Source: a virus (lineage: Duplodnaviria > Caudoviricetes). Taken from it: a DNA stretch of 64,000 nucleotides. The DNA lies in IMG/VR virus record IMGVR_UViG_3300047157_000186. One strand, written 5' to 3'. This document shows, piece by piece, positions 48,481-57,408 of the stretch. Made by a program: the position numbers and the translations under genes. How positions within the stretch are numbered: position 1 is the stretch's first letter; each line of letters opens with the position of its first letter. The notes below the pieces were generated by a model. It ran no database searches, was not told the DNA's origin, and worked only from the letters and a program-made list of their open reading frames with translations.

Positions 48481-49591
48481 TTATGCTAATGGGCTGCCCA
48501 GGTTAGCTTCATCCGCCGGGTCGAGCTCAGATTCATTAGGAACCGCAGCAAATAAGCGGTCAAACGCATCCTCTTCATGCTTTAGTTTCTCTTTTTCTTC
48601 AGCTATCAGCTCCTGGTTAAGTAGATCTCTCTTATACCTAGTGGTATCAAAGGTGACTCCGTTGGTAAAGTCAAAGAATAACTTGTTACCCTACTCCTCC
48701 TAGACGGTTCTTGCTGAATTCCATATACCTTTCAGCTGAGTTCTCAGAGCCTTTCCATTGTAATTCTAACATGGCAGTGGTCATGTGTTTTAGTTTGTTT
48801 GAGCCGACAAATGTACCTCCTTTAGATAACTGTAGGATGGTGATAAAGGTAGTGTATACCTTACGCTTGTTTTTACCTTGGTTATTGGCGATCATCATGT
48901 CTAGGAACCACTTTTCAGTCTTACCTCGAGTCATGTTACAAGCCTCTTTAATAGTGTCATTTACCTCAGTGTAGGAGTCAGTTAAGACTAAGTCCCAACC
49001 TTGTGCCAAGGTCTGCTCGATTACTGCTTGTGGATTCTCATCTACATAGTCAGAAAGGAATAGGATTGGCAGCTGTCCCCAGTGTGGGAAACGTTTTAGA
49101 TAACGAGCCATGTCAAGCTGATTCATTTCAGCCGAGATGAAGAGCACCTTTTTAGTAGGATCAGATTTTTGAACTGAGTATAGTGTCTCTAAAAGGACAG
49201 TAGTTTTACCAACACCTGGTGCTCCTGCTGCCATGATGTTAGAACCAGGCATGTAACCTCCATCATTACTTAGGAATGAATCAATTGAAGTATTAGTTTT
49301 AAGAGGGACGAACAGGTCATCAGAGAATTTAAGATTGTCCAACTTAGTTAGATTGATCTTAAGCTTGGCTGCCTTTTTGGTTGGCACTGATTTGTAAAGA
49401 CCATAGTAATCCTTAGCTGAGGTCATCTTACCATCTGTATAGACATTGATAACTCTACCTGCGTCTTGTGATTCTAACCAACCATATTTAGGGTGATCAG
49501 CGCGGGCAATTATAGTTTCTTTAGTTGAAGGTGCATAGAGCTCGAATGCTCCACCTTTTTGCTTTTTGAATGTAAATTGTGTTTTTGACAT
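48481..49591 (-). CDS. RadA/Sms-like RecA-family ATPase; frameshift near 48690
   Basis: GAPGVGKTT, FISAEM, LTDS, SNKLKHM, KNR. Removing one G from GGG extends the frame (GNKLFFDF...GSPLA*) to 48481. Confidence 0.8.
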
Positions 49592-49610
49592 ATTTTGACT
49601 TTTGACTTTT

Positions 49611-49677
49611 AATTATACTACTAATATACGTGAAATAATTGACAACCCAAAATCTGGGCTGACAAAGTTACGAACAA
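49611..49677 (-). promoter_or_regulatory. Composite early promoter, copy 2
   Basis: TTGTTCGTAAC box; TTTG-N19-TATATTAG-TAGTATAAT. Confidence 0.8.
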
Positions 49678-49872
49678 TTAACTCTTAACTTTTTCAAATG
49701 AACATACACCACAGATGATACCTAAGAACATGCTCATAAAAAAGAAACCTGCAGCATTGGCCTCACCCGCAAAATGGATATACTTATCAATACTTGAAGT
49801 AATGGTCATATAAGCCACTACAAAGGCTAAGATAGCAGGGATAAAGAATTTAAGATCTAATGTAACTTTCAT
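49678..49872 (-). CDS. Small two-TM early protein
   Basis: Hydrophobic ORF with its own promoter. Confidence 0.7.
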   Translation of the reverse strand: MKVTLDLKFFIPAILAFVVAYMTITSSIDKYIHFAGEANAAGFFFMSMFLGIICGVCSFEKVKS

Positions 49873-49887
49873 AATTTTAATTTAAGA

Positions 49888-49948
49888 GGAGGAGTATTAA
49901 CCTCCATTAGTATACTACTAATATACCACAAATAATTGACAATAAAAA
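49888..49948 (-). promoter_or_regulatory. Composite early promoter, copy 3, with leader hairpin
   Basis: Core at 49911-49925; GGAGG-8nt-CCTCC. Confidence 0.8.
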
Positions 49949-49980
49949 ATATTTAAGCGTTTATTTTCAATTTATTTTCA

Positions 49981-50016
49981 CCAAAGGCAGCCAATGGACC
50001 AAAGGCAGCCGTTGGA
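49981..50016. repeat. Two tandem 18-mers, CCAAAGGCAGCC(AA/GT)TGGA
   Basis: Read directly from the sequence. Confidence 0.8.
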
Positions 50017-50018
50017 CA

Positions 50019-50049
50019 TAAAAAAGCCAGCCTCTAAGAGAGACTGGCT
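50019..50049 (-). terminator. Intrinsic terminator
   Basis: AGCCAGTCTCT-CTT-AGAGGCTGGCT followed by TTTTT. Confidence 0.75.
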
Positions 50050-50077
50050 GGGAAGGGACTTAGATCTTGAGTCTTAT

Positions 50078-50140
50078 TCAGTGGTTTACTGCAGTTAACT
50101 TGATGCTCTGATCATACTCCCTGTAAATTAGCTTTTTCAT
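50078..50140 (-). CDS. Possible 20-aa peptide
   Basis: MKKLIYREYDQSIKLTAVNH*, between a long hairpin and a terminator. Confidence 0.35.
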   Translation of the reverse strand: MKKLIYREYDQSIKLTAVNH

Positions 50141-50146
50141 AAGCAA

Positions 50147-50214
50147 TTGGCAAGGAACCTCAACGGCACTTAATGGAGTTTCGATTGTCCGTGATCTTGG
50201 TTCCTTGTTCCCAA
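50147..50214 (-). promoter_or_regulatory. Long imperfect RNA hairpin
   Basis: TTGG..CAAGGAACC / GGTTCCTTG-CCAA outer stem and ACGG-AC / GT-G-CCGT inner stem. Confidence 0.55.
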
Positions 50215-51369
50215 TTAGTTTAACAATGCACCAACTTGAGCTTTAGCATCTAAGTGTGCATTTTCTGCAAAAGGTGAAGCCATTTGGTTACCTAAATCAA
50301 ATTGCTTGCCTAAAATATTACCGGCTTGAACCATCATCTCCGTAGATTCTCTGTCTGTCATATTGAAGACTAAGTTTTCAGGAGCGTGGGTAGCACAGTG
50401 TGTTACACCATTTACAAGTGACCAAATTGATTGGTCAGTACGTGCATTCTTTTTCTGAGCTGAAGAGAAATCCGTTGGATTCATATTCATCTTAGTGTAT
50501 GCTGCACGATTATCATTCAATGGGATCCAAGAGTCAGCTGCATCACCTGCGGCTCTCTTTACAATGTTGTGTGCTCGTTCCATTTCCCATAGAGAAGCTG
50601 GAGTTTCCGCAGCCAACTTAACTGTATTAGCAAAATCAGTAGGCACAAATCCATTCTTACGTAATTGACTCATATGTTGGTGAAAGTTCTCCATAGACTC
50701 AGGGTTGAGGTTCTTAAGAGAGTAAGTTTCTTGAGCCAAACCAGTAGTAAGACCATTAGTACACCACATACGATTCACATAAGGCATAACTTGAATACCA
50801 CCAAAAGGTGAGTTCTTCATAGTAAGACCTGCAGTAAAGACCTCATCAGAGAGACCAAGACCACCAAGATCAAATTGAGCCTTAGGATTAAATACATTCA
50901 TAGTAACAGATCCAGTGTTGGCATCTATACCCCAATTGGTAACTTCAAAGCCATGTTGATCAATTATCTGATCAGCAAGCCCGATAAACCTTTCATGAGA
51001 GATGAGGTCAGTTGCTTGTTTACTAAATCCAACCACTTTCTTAGTAGTAGGTGATAGGATAATAGTAATCTCATTTAATTGAGCTGCCATAGCATTCTTC
51101 ATCTGATTGACAAATTTAGCTTTGGTCTCTGCATTAAATAGAGATTCGAATTTTTTAGCAAAAGTGGCAGACATACCAATCAATTTCATAAGAGACTTAA
51201 AAGCATCTTTAGTAATTTCAAGACGTTTACCATTATATTCAATAGTGGTGTCATCAATTAGATTGATTTCACGAACCGCAATAGTCTTACGAATAGACTG
51301 TGAGTTAAGCGTTTCAGCTTTACGGTTTTGAATTGCTGTTGAGGATAGTGTTGTTATTGACATAGACAT
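50215..51369 (-). CDS. DUF932-like protein
   Basis: RMWCTNG motif after the beta-rich core; AAAC-N17-TATAA at 51383-51408. Confidence 0.65.
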   Translation of the reverse strand: MSMSITTLSSTAIQNRKAETLNSQSIRKTIAVREINLIDDTTIEYNGKRLEITKDAFKSLMKLIGMSATFAKKFESLFNAETKAKFVNQMKNAMAAQLNEITIILSPTTKKVVGFSKQATDLISHERFIGLADQIIDQHGFEVTNWGIDANTGSVTMNVFNPKAQFDLGGLGLSDEVFTAGLTMKNSPFGGIQVMPYVNRMWCTNGLTTGLAQETYSLKNLNPESMENFHQHMSQLRKNGFVPTDFANTVKLAAETPASLWEMERAHNIVKRAAGDAADSWIPLNDNRAAYTKMNMNPTDFSSAQKKNARTDQSIWSLVNGVTHCATHAPENLVFNMTDRESTEMMVQAGNILGKQFDLGNQMASPFAENAHLDAKAQVGALLN

Positions 51370-51416
51370 TCTGTGTTTATTATTATATATTTAAATTTAA
51401 AAAAGTTTCACGCAAA

Positions 51417-51713
51417 TTATGCTAATTCTGGATTTAATTCCGAATTAGTTTTTATATAGTCAGCTTGTGTTCCAAGAACAGTAGGCGTGTGGAACTGGAT
51501 CTCATGATCAACATATTTGAAACGTTCAAGATCAGAGTTCTGAGACTCTACCATCTTACCGAAAACCTCAGCAGGATCAGTATATAAAAGAAGATCGGCA
51601 TCCATCTCGATCTGAAAGGTATGACCTCCCTTTGGCTTCCAGTGTTCACCACCTTCATAGTGTGCGTAATTCTCATAATACTGTGTGTGGACTAAAATTT
51701 TGTTGATGCTCAT
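51417..51713 (-). CDS. Hypothetical early protein
   Basis: Start moved to MSINKIL because the track start lies in the promoter. Confidence 0.7.
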   Translation of the reverse strand: MSINKILVHTQYYENYAHYEGGEHWKPKGGHTFQIEMDADLLLYTDPAEVFGKMVESQNSDLERFKYVDHEIQFHTPTVLGTQADYIKTNSELNPELA

Positions 51714-51729
51714 AATTATCGTTTTAAGA

Positions 51730-51813
51730 GGAGGAGTAACCTCCATTAGTATACTACTAATATACCACAAATAGTTGACAATAAAAAATTGTGGGCGTAA
51801 AAGTTACGAACAA
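51730..51813 (-). promoter_or_regulatory. Composite early promoter, copy 4
   Basis: Box at 51803-51813; core at 51750-51764; GGAGG-5nt-CCTCC. Confidence 0.8.
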
Positions 51814-52251
51814 TTACGCAAATATAGTTAAATTATCTAATTGATCAAGGGATTCACTAAAGTCTACACCTGCAATTTGAGTACAGACATAAGGTTTATC
51901 CCATTTACCAATATGGACCCAAGTATAATAATCAGGTACATGACCATAGTCAGAGTCTTCAAAGCCTTCACCTATACCATCATTTAATATAGGCATAATA
52001 ACTTCCATTAGATCAGCAATCTCAGGGTAAGATACATGATCTTCAAGATCTCTGTCCCATCTCTCTTCTCTATAATCTATATAAGGATTCAGTTGCTCAT
52101 AAGTAGATCCATGGAGCATACTCGGACCTCTCATGATCGCTACTTTAATACCACTATAGTGTTCAGTAGTAATAGATAATTTATACTCAGGAAGAGCTTC
52201 TTTAAGAGCTTTCCTTTTGGCTTTAACTTGTTCTTTTGTAATATAAGGCAT
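51814..52251 (-). CDS. Hypothetical early protein (weak resemblance to LPD29)
   Basis: YKLSIT...YSGIKVAIMRGP. Confidence 0.7.
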   Translation of the reverse strand: MPYITKEQVKAKRKALKEALPEYKLSITTEHYSGIKVAIMRGPSMLHGSTYEQLNPYIDYREERWDRDLEDHVSYPEIADLMEVIMPILNDGIGEGFEDSDYGHVPDYYTWVHIGKWDKPYVCTQIAGVDFSESLDQLDNLTIFA

Positions 52252-52275
52252 AATTTTTATTTTTAAGATTAATAA

Positions 52276-52734
52276 TTAGGCGGCAACTGCAGCCTTAGGT
52301 TCATTCTGAGTAAAGGCTTTAGAAGCCCAAGATGATGCTCCAACCAATTTATATTGAGACATATCCATAAGGTTGGTATTATCATACATACCGTTAATAG
52401 TACCAACAGTTAAGTTAGCCAAGATAGATTCATCGATCAGCTTAACCTTCTTACCAGTTCTTGAGAAGACAGTCAACCAAAAGCTTGAACCTTCAGGTTT
52501 GAACTGAACAGTCTGTAAGGCACCTCTCTTATAACCACTAATGGCCATTTCAGGATTCTCTTTTATTCTTGGATTATCAAAATCTCTGGCATCACAGACA
52601 GTCATACCTAATTTGGTTTTAACTACCATTCTAAATTCACCTGGATTGAAATACTCTGAAAGTATATCAGTGACTATAAGTTCTGATTGAAGACCGTAGG
52701 TCATCTGGATTGATTTGTTTTTGAATTCTTTCAT
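52276..52734 (-). CDS. Hypothetical early protein
   Basis: ORF with its own promoter copy. Confidence 0.75.
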   Translation of the reverse strand: MKEFKNKSIQMTYGLQSELIVTDILSEYFNPGEFRMVVKTKLGMTVCDARDFDNPRIKENPEMAISGYKRGALQTVQFKPEGSSFWLTVFSRTGKKVKLIDESILANLTVGTINGMYDNTNLMDMSQYKLVGASSWASKAFTQNEPKAAVAA

Positions 52735-52752
52735 AATTTGCTTTTAATTAGT

Positions 52753-52847
52753 GAGGTATTAACCTCCATTAGTATACTACTAATATACCACAAATAGTTG
52801 ACAATAAAAAGCCTTTTAGCGTTTATTTTAAAAAAAGTTACGAACAA
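52753..52847 (-). promoter_or_regulatory. Composite early promoter, copy 5
   Basis: Box at 52837-52847; core at 52773-52787; GAGGT-TAAT-ACCTC. Confidence 0.8.
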
Positions 52848-52850
52848 TAC

Positions 52851-52943
52851 ACTAAACGCGGGGTGGGTAACACACAGGGCGGAGTCTACTCTTCCAGCTC
52901 CGAAAAAAAGCTACGCCCCTAAGGAAGGTCTCTGCCTTCAACC
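52851..52943 (-). ncRNA. Candidate structured small RNA
   Basis: GC-rich, no ORF, directly downstream of promoter copy 6; several stems can be drawn. Confidence 0.4.
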
Positions 52944-53055
52944 TATACTACTAATATACACGAAAAGAATGACAACCCAAAATCTGGGCTGCCATACTTA
53001 CGAGTTAGTTGCGAACAAAGTTATTAACAATGCGTTGCGAACAGGTTTGCGAACA
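52944..53055 (-). promoter_or_regulatory. Composite early promoter, copy 6 (orphan), with three TGTTCGCAA boxes
   Basis: Core at 52944-52958; boxes at 53009, 53035 and 53047. Confidence 0.75.
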
Positions 53056-53056
53056 A

Positions 53057-53449
53057 TTAAAGAGCCGATTGCACCATGCTCACTGACACTTTATAAGTAG
53101 AGCCATTGCTTACTTTAGTCACCAACACAGGAGACTTCTTAGAACGCGGCTTATAACCAGCGATGGTATACTCATTACCTTGGATAGTAATAGTATCGCC
53201 TACATTAAGCTCACCAAGACCAACCAAGCTCTTGTAGCGATCAAAGTCTTTGGCCTCTTTAGTAACAGTAACTCCGCTCGCGTTAATCACACCAGCATTA
53301 AGTTTAATAGTAGCAGTCTCAGAGGTAAACGAAATGTTACCAGCTGAAATAGAAATACCGTGCTCAGCAGCAACCTTAGCCAATGCAGAGTCAAGAGATA
53401 CACGAAGAGCTTTAAGGGCAGGACGGTCAAAAGATTTAATTTTACTCAT
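53057..53449 (-). CDS. Hypothetical basic early protein
   Basis: ORF with its own promoter copy. Confidence 0.75.
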   Translation of the reverse strand: MSKIKSFDRPALKALRVSLDSALAKVAAEHGISISAGNISFTSETATIKLNAGVINASGVTVTKEAKDFDRYKSLVGLGELNVGDTITIQGNEYTIAGYKPRSKKSPVLVTKVSNGSTYKVSVSMVQSAL

Positions 53450-53464
53450 TTGTTTTAGTTTAGT

Positions 53465-53522
53465 GAGGTATTAACCTCCATTAGTATACTACTAATATAC
53501 CACAAATAATCGACATAAAAAA
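53465..53522 (-). promoter_or_regulatory. Composite early promoter, copy 7
   Basis: Core at 53485-53499; GAGGT-TAAT-ACCTC. Confidence 0.8.
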
Positions 53523-53584
53523 ATTATTGAGCGTTTATTTTCAATTTATTTTCGCGCAAAGGCCCCTCACTGACTAAACTAATA

Positions 53585-53815
53585 CCAGAGACTTGAAACA
53601 AAAGGGGACCAGGAGCATATAAAACATGTCTTTAAGCCAAAAGTAAGATAGGGTCCCCAGAGTAAGCCAGAGGTAAAAGTATCCCCAGAGCATATATTAG
53701 TCCCAGAGCGTTCCCCAGAAGCTTCCCAGGAGAAGTCCCCAGAAGAGCTCCCCAGAAGCTTTGCCAGAGTAAGTCCCCAGAAGCTTCCAGGAGCGCTAAA
53801 TAGCTTCCCAGGAGC
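53585..53815. repeat. Periodic CCAG(A/G)(A/G) array
   Basis: 14 copies; CCAG at 53703, 53715, 53726, 53739, 53752, 53764, 53777, 53787 and 53808. Confidence 0.8.
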
Positions 53816-54894
53816 GCTCAGGGAGCTACTTCCGGCGGATCACTACCAGCGAGCTCTGCATAGACTACTATGGCATCAACTCGCCTATGCGCACCAAGAG
53901 CACCAACGTACTGGTGAGCTGAGCACGCAACCAACACACCATCATCATATTACACAATAGAGACTATAGAGACTCAAGACACATAGAGAGCATAGTGAGT
54001 CAGAGCTCTACAGCCTTAGGCGCCTAAGCTTAGGGAGCTAATGGTACCTTAAACACCATAGGGACCAGAGGGACAAGGGATCACCAAACACATATGACTC
54101 ATTAACACATATGGTACACCACCACACCGAGGCTTCAATGAGTCCGAGCTCAGAGACTGAGAGCGTCAGAGTCATTCAGAGCTCATGCCCACCCAGAAGT
54201 CAAAACGCGTTAGTATGCGCACGCCCGGATGAAGCGCCGAATTATATAGGTATACCTTAAGTAAGTATATTAGCTATAGCTTAATTTTTGTGTCGCTTTT
54301 GTGAACACACTATCTCACCCCGGGGAATGGACTGCCCAAGCCCTCAAACTCGTCAGAGTAATCTATTCATTCCCAATCACTTACACACCGAATAAAGATG
54401 ACTCATGGGTGGAGAGAGGCCCTAATAGAATCGCGACCATTTTTAATGTCGTCGGTTCCCCAAATATTGGGTCCCCGGGGGACAGACTTACCAGGGCCCG
54501 TTTCGCGCCACTATCACTCGCACGCGCATGTAGACGTTTAGAGCCCTCAGAGTATACACCAAATAAATTAAATCTAATTACTCAGAGGGCTACATCTGGC
54601 CACGGATCACGTGAATGGTATTTTAGATAATTAGTGACTTAGAGTAACTCAGGTCAGAGCTCAGAGCCCAGAGACTCCATGTGGAATTGATCTCACGCGC
54701 GAACTCTGCAGTATCTGCAGTCTATTTAAAGAATCGCGCGCCCCCCGGGGGAGATGAGCCCGGGTCCAGACCGGGTCTGCGGTTAGGGCCTTAGCGGTAT
54801 TAAGAGTATATAGAGTGTGGGGGTTTTCCTTTAGTCGCTGAAAATTTTCCCAAAGTGGAATTTTCCCAAGGACCTTTAATTACTATGAGCGATG

Positions 54895-54921
54895 AAACAA
54901 ATCAACAAGTGGATTATATAA
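54895..54921 (+). promoter_or_regulatory. Putative AAAC-N18-TATAA promoter
   Basis: Upstream of the rightward operon. Confidence 0.45.
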
Positions 54922-54944
54922 GGATTATAAAAGACGATTAAGAA

Positions 54945-55145
54945 ATGAACAAACAAGAAAGACCAGGCAACAAACGATTAAAGTGCATGAATCACGATCC
55001 AGAAAATTCAAAATGGGGTGAGTTTGCCCCTTTAGGTGGATGTGATGAAGTAGTTAGCGTTGATCAAAAGACTGACAAAGTTTTATGTTGGCGTTGCACC
55101 TCACAAAGCGTGTCTAATATCGGAGGCATCAGAAATCAAGAATAA
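54945..55145 (+). CDS. Small Cys-rich (possible zinc-ribbon) protein
   Basis: C...GC...LCWRC. Confidence 0.65.
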   Translation: MNKQERPGNKRLKCMNHDPENSKWGEFAPLGGCDEVVSVDQKTDKVLCWRCTSQSVSNIGGIRNQE

Positions 55146-55170
55146 TTACTAACGTTCAAATAAGATACAA

Positions 55171-55404
55171 ATGGACAAGTTTAATGAAGAGCACATGCGT
55201 GCGTTAGAACAGAGATATAGTGAACTAGTTAATCCTAGAAAATTAATTGAGTATTTGTCTACTCCCGAGGAATTCGAAGATTGGGCAAGATTGGGAACAC
55301 CAAGCGATATTAGATCAGCCCTCATCGCATTTGAAAAAGAGGAATTATATGATCACTGTGCAATACTAAAGAAAGTATTGATTAGTATAGAATCAAATGA
55401 GTAG
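55171..55404 (+). CDS. Small protein with a UVR-like C-terminal helix pair
   Basis: FEKEELYDHCAILKK. Confidence 0.65.
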   Translation: MDKFNEEHMRALEQRYSELVNPRKLIEYLSTPEEFEDWARLGTPSDIRSALIAFEKEELYDHCAILKKVLISIESNE

Positions 55405-56315
55405 TATAGAAGAACAATATCGTGGACTATTGGGTTCACTCTTACATAATTCAGTAAAAAAATCAGATCGCACTGGCACTGGAACACATTCTATTTTTGG
55501 AAGACAGATTAGACATGACATGAAACAAGGATTTCCTTTGTTAACTACTAAGCGTATGGCAGTCAAGACGATGATGACTGAATTAAAGTGGTTTCTTAAA
55601 GGTGATACTAATATTAAGTACCTTGTTGATAATGGGTGTAGCATTTGGAATGGTGATGCTTATAAAGCATTTAAGAGTACATTTTCGCCAATGCCCGGAA
55701 TTCAATCATCTTTACCCAGTCAAGATGAATTTATCAACAAAATCAAAACCGATAATGAGTTTGCTCAGAAGTGGGGTGAGTTAGGTCCTATTTATGGAAA
55801 GCAATGGAGAGGTTGGTTTGGTTATGATAAAAATGTAGATCCTGTTTTTGTAGATCAAATCGCAAACCTCATCGAAGAACTAAAAACAAATCCAGATTCT
55901 CGTAGACTTGATGGTTAATGCATGGAATGTTGGAGATTTACCAACTATGGCCCTTCCACCATGTCATTATGGATTTCAGTGTTACGTAAGAGATGGTAAA
56001 TATCTTTCATTAATGTGGAATCAAAGATCTGTAGATACTTTCTTAGGTCTTCCATTTAATATTGCTAGTTATGCGGCATTATTGTGTTTGATCGCAGAAG
56101 AAGTTAACATGATTCCAGATCAATTAATTGGAAACTTAGGTGATGTGCACTTATATTCTAATCATGTAGATCAAGCAATGGAACAGATTTCTAGAGAGAT
56201 TTATGATTTGCCTACTGTTTCATTTAAGAATGTAAATATATTAGATGGTGAATTTGATTACGAGGTACATGATTATAAATATCATCCAAGTATTAAAGCG
56301 CCATTAAGTAATTAA
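55397..56315 (+). CDS. thyA: Thymidylate synthase; frameshift near 55908
   Basis: DRTGTGT, FPLLTTK, LGPIYGKQWR, PDSRR, ALPPCH, QRSVDTFLGLPFNIASY, HLYSNH. Confidence 0.92.
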
Positions 56316-56326
56316 ACTATAAAATT

Positions 56327-56425
56327 ATGAAAACTATTAAAAAAATATGGAACTATCTAATATGGTTAGAAGAGCAACGAATGAAAGCTGCAATCAAATC
56401 AGGAAGCGCTGGTCCATTAATGTAA
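56327..56425 (+). CDS. 32-aa peptide (not in the ORF track)
   Basis: MKTIKKIWNYLIWLEEQRMKAAIKSGSAGPLM*; fills the gap between two genes. Confidence 0.5.
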   Translation: MKTIKKIWNYLIWLEEQRMKAAIKSGSAGPLM

Positions 56426-56434
56426 TTTAAATTT

Positions 56435-56809
56435 ATGAAGATAGCATTAATAGCACACGATAATAAAAAAGCTGATATGGTCGCTTTTGTTTCTAAACGA
56501 TTACCATTCTTTAATAGAGAAGATGTTACGATTGTTACGACTGGTACAACTGGTAAACATTGTAAACATGCTGGCATCAAGAATTTAGAAACTGTATTAA
56601 GTGGACCATTAGGTGGTGACGCGCAGATTGCTGCAATGACAGTTGAAGGTAAAATAGATCTAGTTATTTTTATGAGAGATCCTTTAGATAAACATCCACA
56701 TGATGTAGATATTTCTATGTTGATGAGATTGTGTGATGTGCATAATATACCATTGGCTACAAATTACAAAACCGCAAGTTACTTAATTAAATACTTAAAA
56801 CAATCATGA
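56435..56809 (+). CDS. mgsA: Methylglyoxal synthase
   Basis: ALIAHDNKK, TGTTG, SGPLGGD, PHDVD, LATN. Confidence 0.92.
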   Translation: MKIALIAHDNKKADMVAFVSKRLPFFNREDVTIVTTGTTGKHCKHAGIKNLETVLSGPLGGDAQIAAMTVEGKIDLVIFMRDPLDKHPHDVDISMLMRLCDVHNIPLATNYKTASYLIKYLKQS

Positions 56810-57408
56810 AAAATAGTATCAAAGAACTTCTTAGGCTAGAAGTTGAAGCAATACAAAATATTCCAGTAAATGACTCGTTTGAGAACGCAGTGGATATAAT
56901 TAAGAATCATGTCCATTCGTCTGAAAAGAATGGGAAAGTAGTATTATCGGGAATGGGTAAAGCTGGTCAGATCGCATTGAATATCTCGACAACGCTTAGC
57001 TCTACAGGAACTCCATCGGTTTATTTACACCCAAGTGAAGCACAACATGGTGATTTAGGTATTTTATGCAAAGATGATGTATTAATATTATTGTCAAACT
57101 CTGGAAAAACTAGAGAAATATTAGAATTAATAATGTTATCTAGGATTTTGCACCCTGATGTTAAAGTCATTTCTATTACAGGAAAAACAAATAGTCCACT
57201 TGCAGAAAATTCAGATGTTGTATTACATACTGGAGATTCTGAAGAAATTTGCCCACTTGGATTAACGCCTACAATTTCAACAACACTGATGACAGTAATT
57301 GGTGATATGATTGTGGTTGAGCTTATGAAAAAAATCGGCTTCACTAAAAAAGAATATTCTAAAAGACATCATAGTGGGTATTTAGGTCAAAAAAGCAAAG
57401 AGCAATGA
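56806..57408 (+). CDS. kdsD: Arabinose-5-phosphate isomerase (SIS domain only)
   Basis: GMGKAG, STGTPS..LHPSEAQHGDLG, SNSGKT, E.CPLGLTPT; no CBS domains. Confidence 0.88.
   Translation: MKNSIKELLRLEVEAIQNIPVNDSFENAVDIIKNHVHSSEKNGKVVLSGMGKAGQIALNISTTLSSTGTPSVYLHPSEAQHGDLGILCKDDVLILLSNSGKTREILELIMLSRILHPDVKVISITGKTNSPLAENSDVVLHTGDSEEICPLGLTPTISTTLMTVIGDMIVVELMKKIGFTKKEYSKRHHSGYLGQKSKEQ

Noticed and set aside
53009-53055. LexA/SOS box for the CGAACA motif
   Set aside because: It resembles only one half of the Firmicutes Cheo box, with no inverted partner at the right spacing, and the host appears to be Bacteroidota.
49637-53515. Plus-strand sigma70 promoters from TTGACA hexamers in the repeats
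   Set aside because: There is no -10 element 17 bp downstream on the plus strand, and all adjacent genes are on the minus strand.
49611-53815. CRISPR array or mini-array
   Set aside because: The repeats are promoters that each precede a gene, or short periodic motifs. There is no regular repeat-spacer structure and no cas genes.
54301-54630. 109-aa ORF in the non-coding region (also 52798-53100 plus and 48711-48974 plus)
   Set aside because: Atypical codon usage, overlap with repeats, promoters or real antisense genes, and no recognisable motifs.
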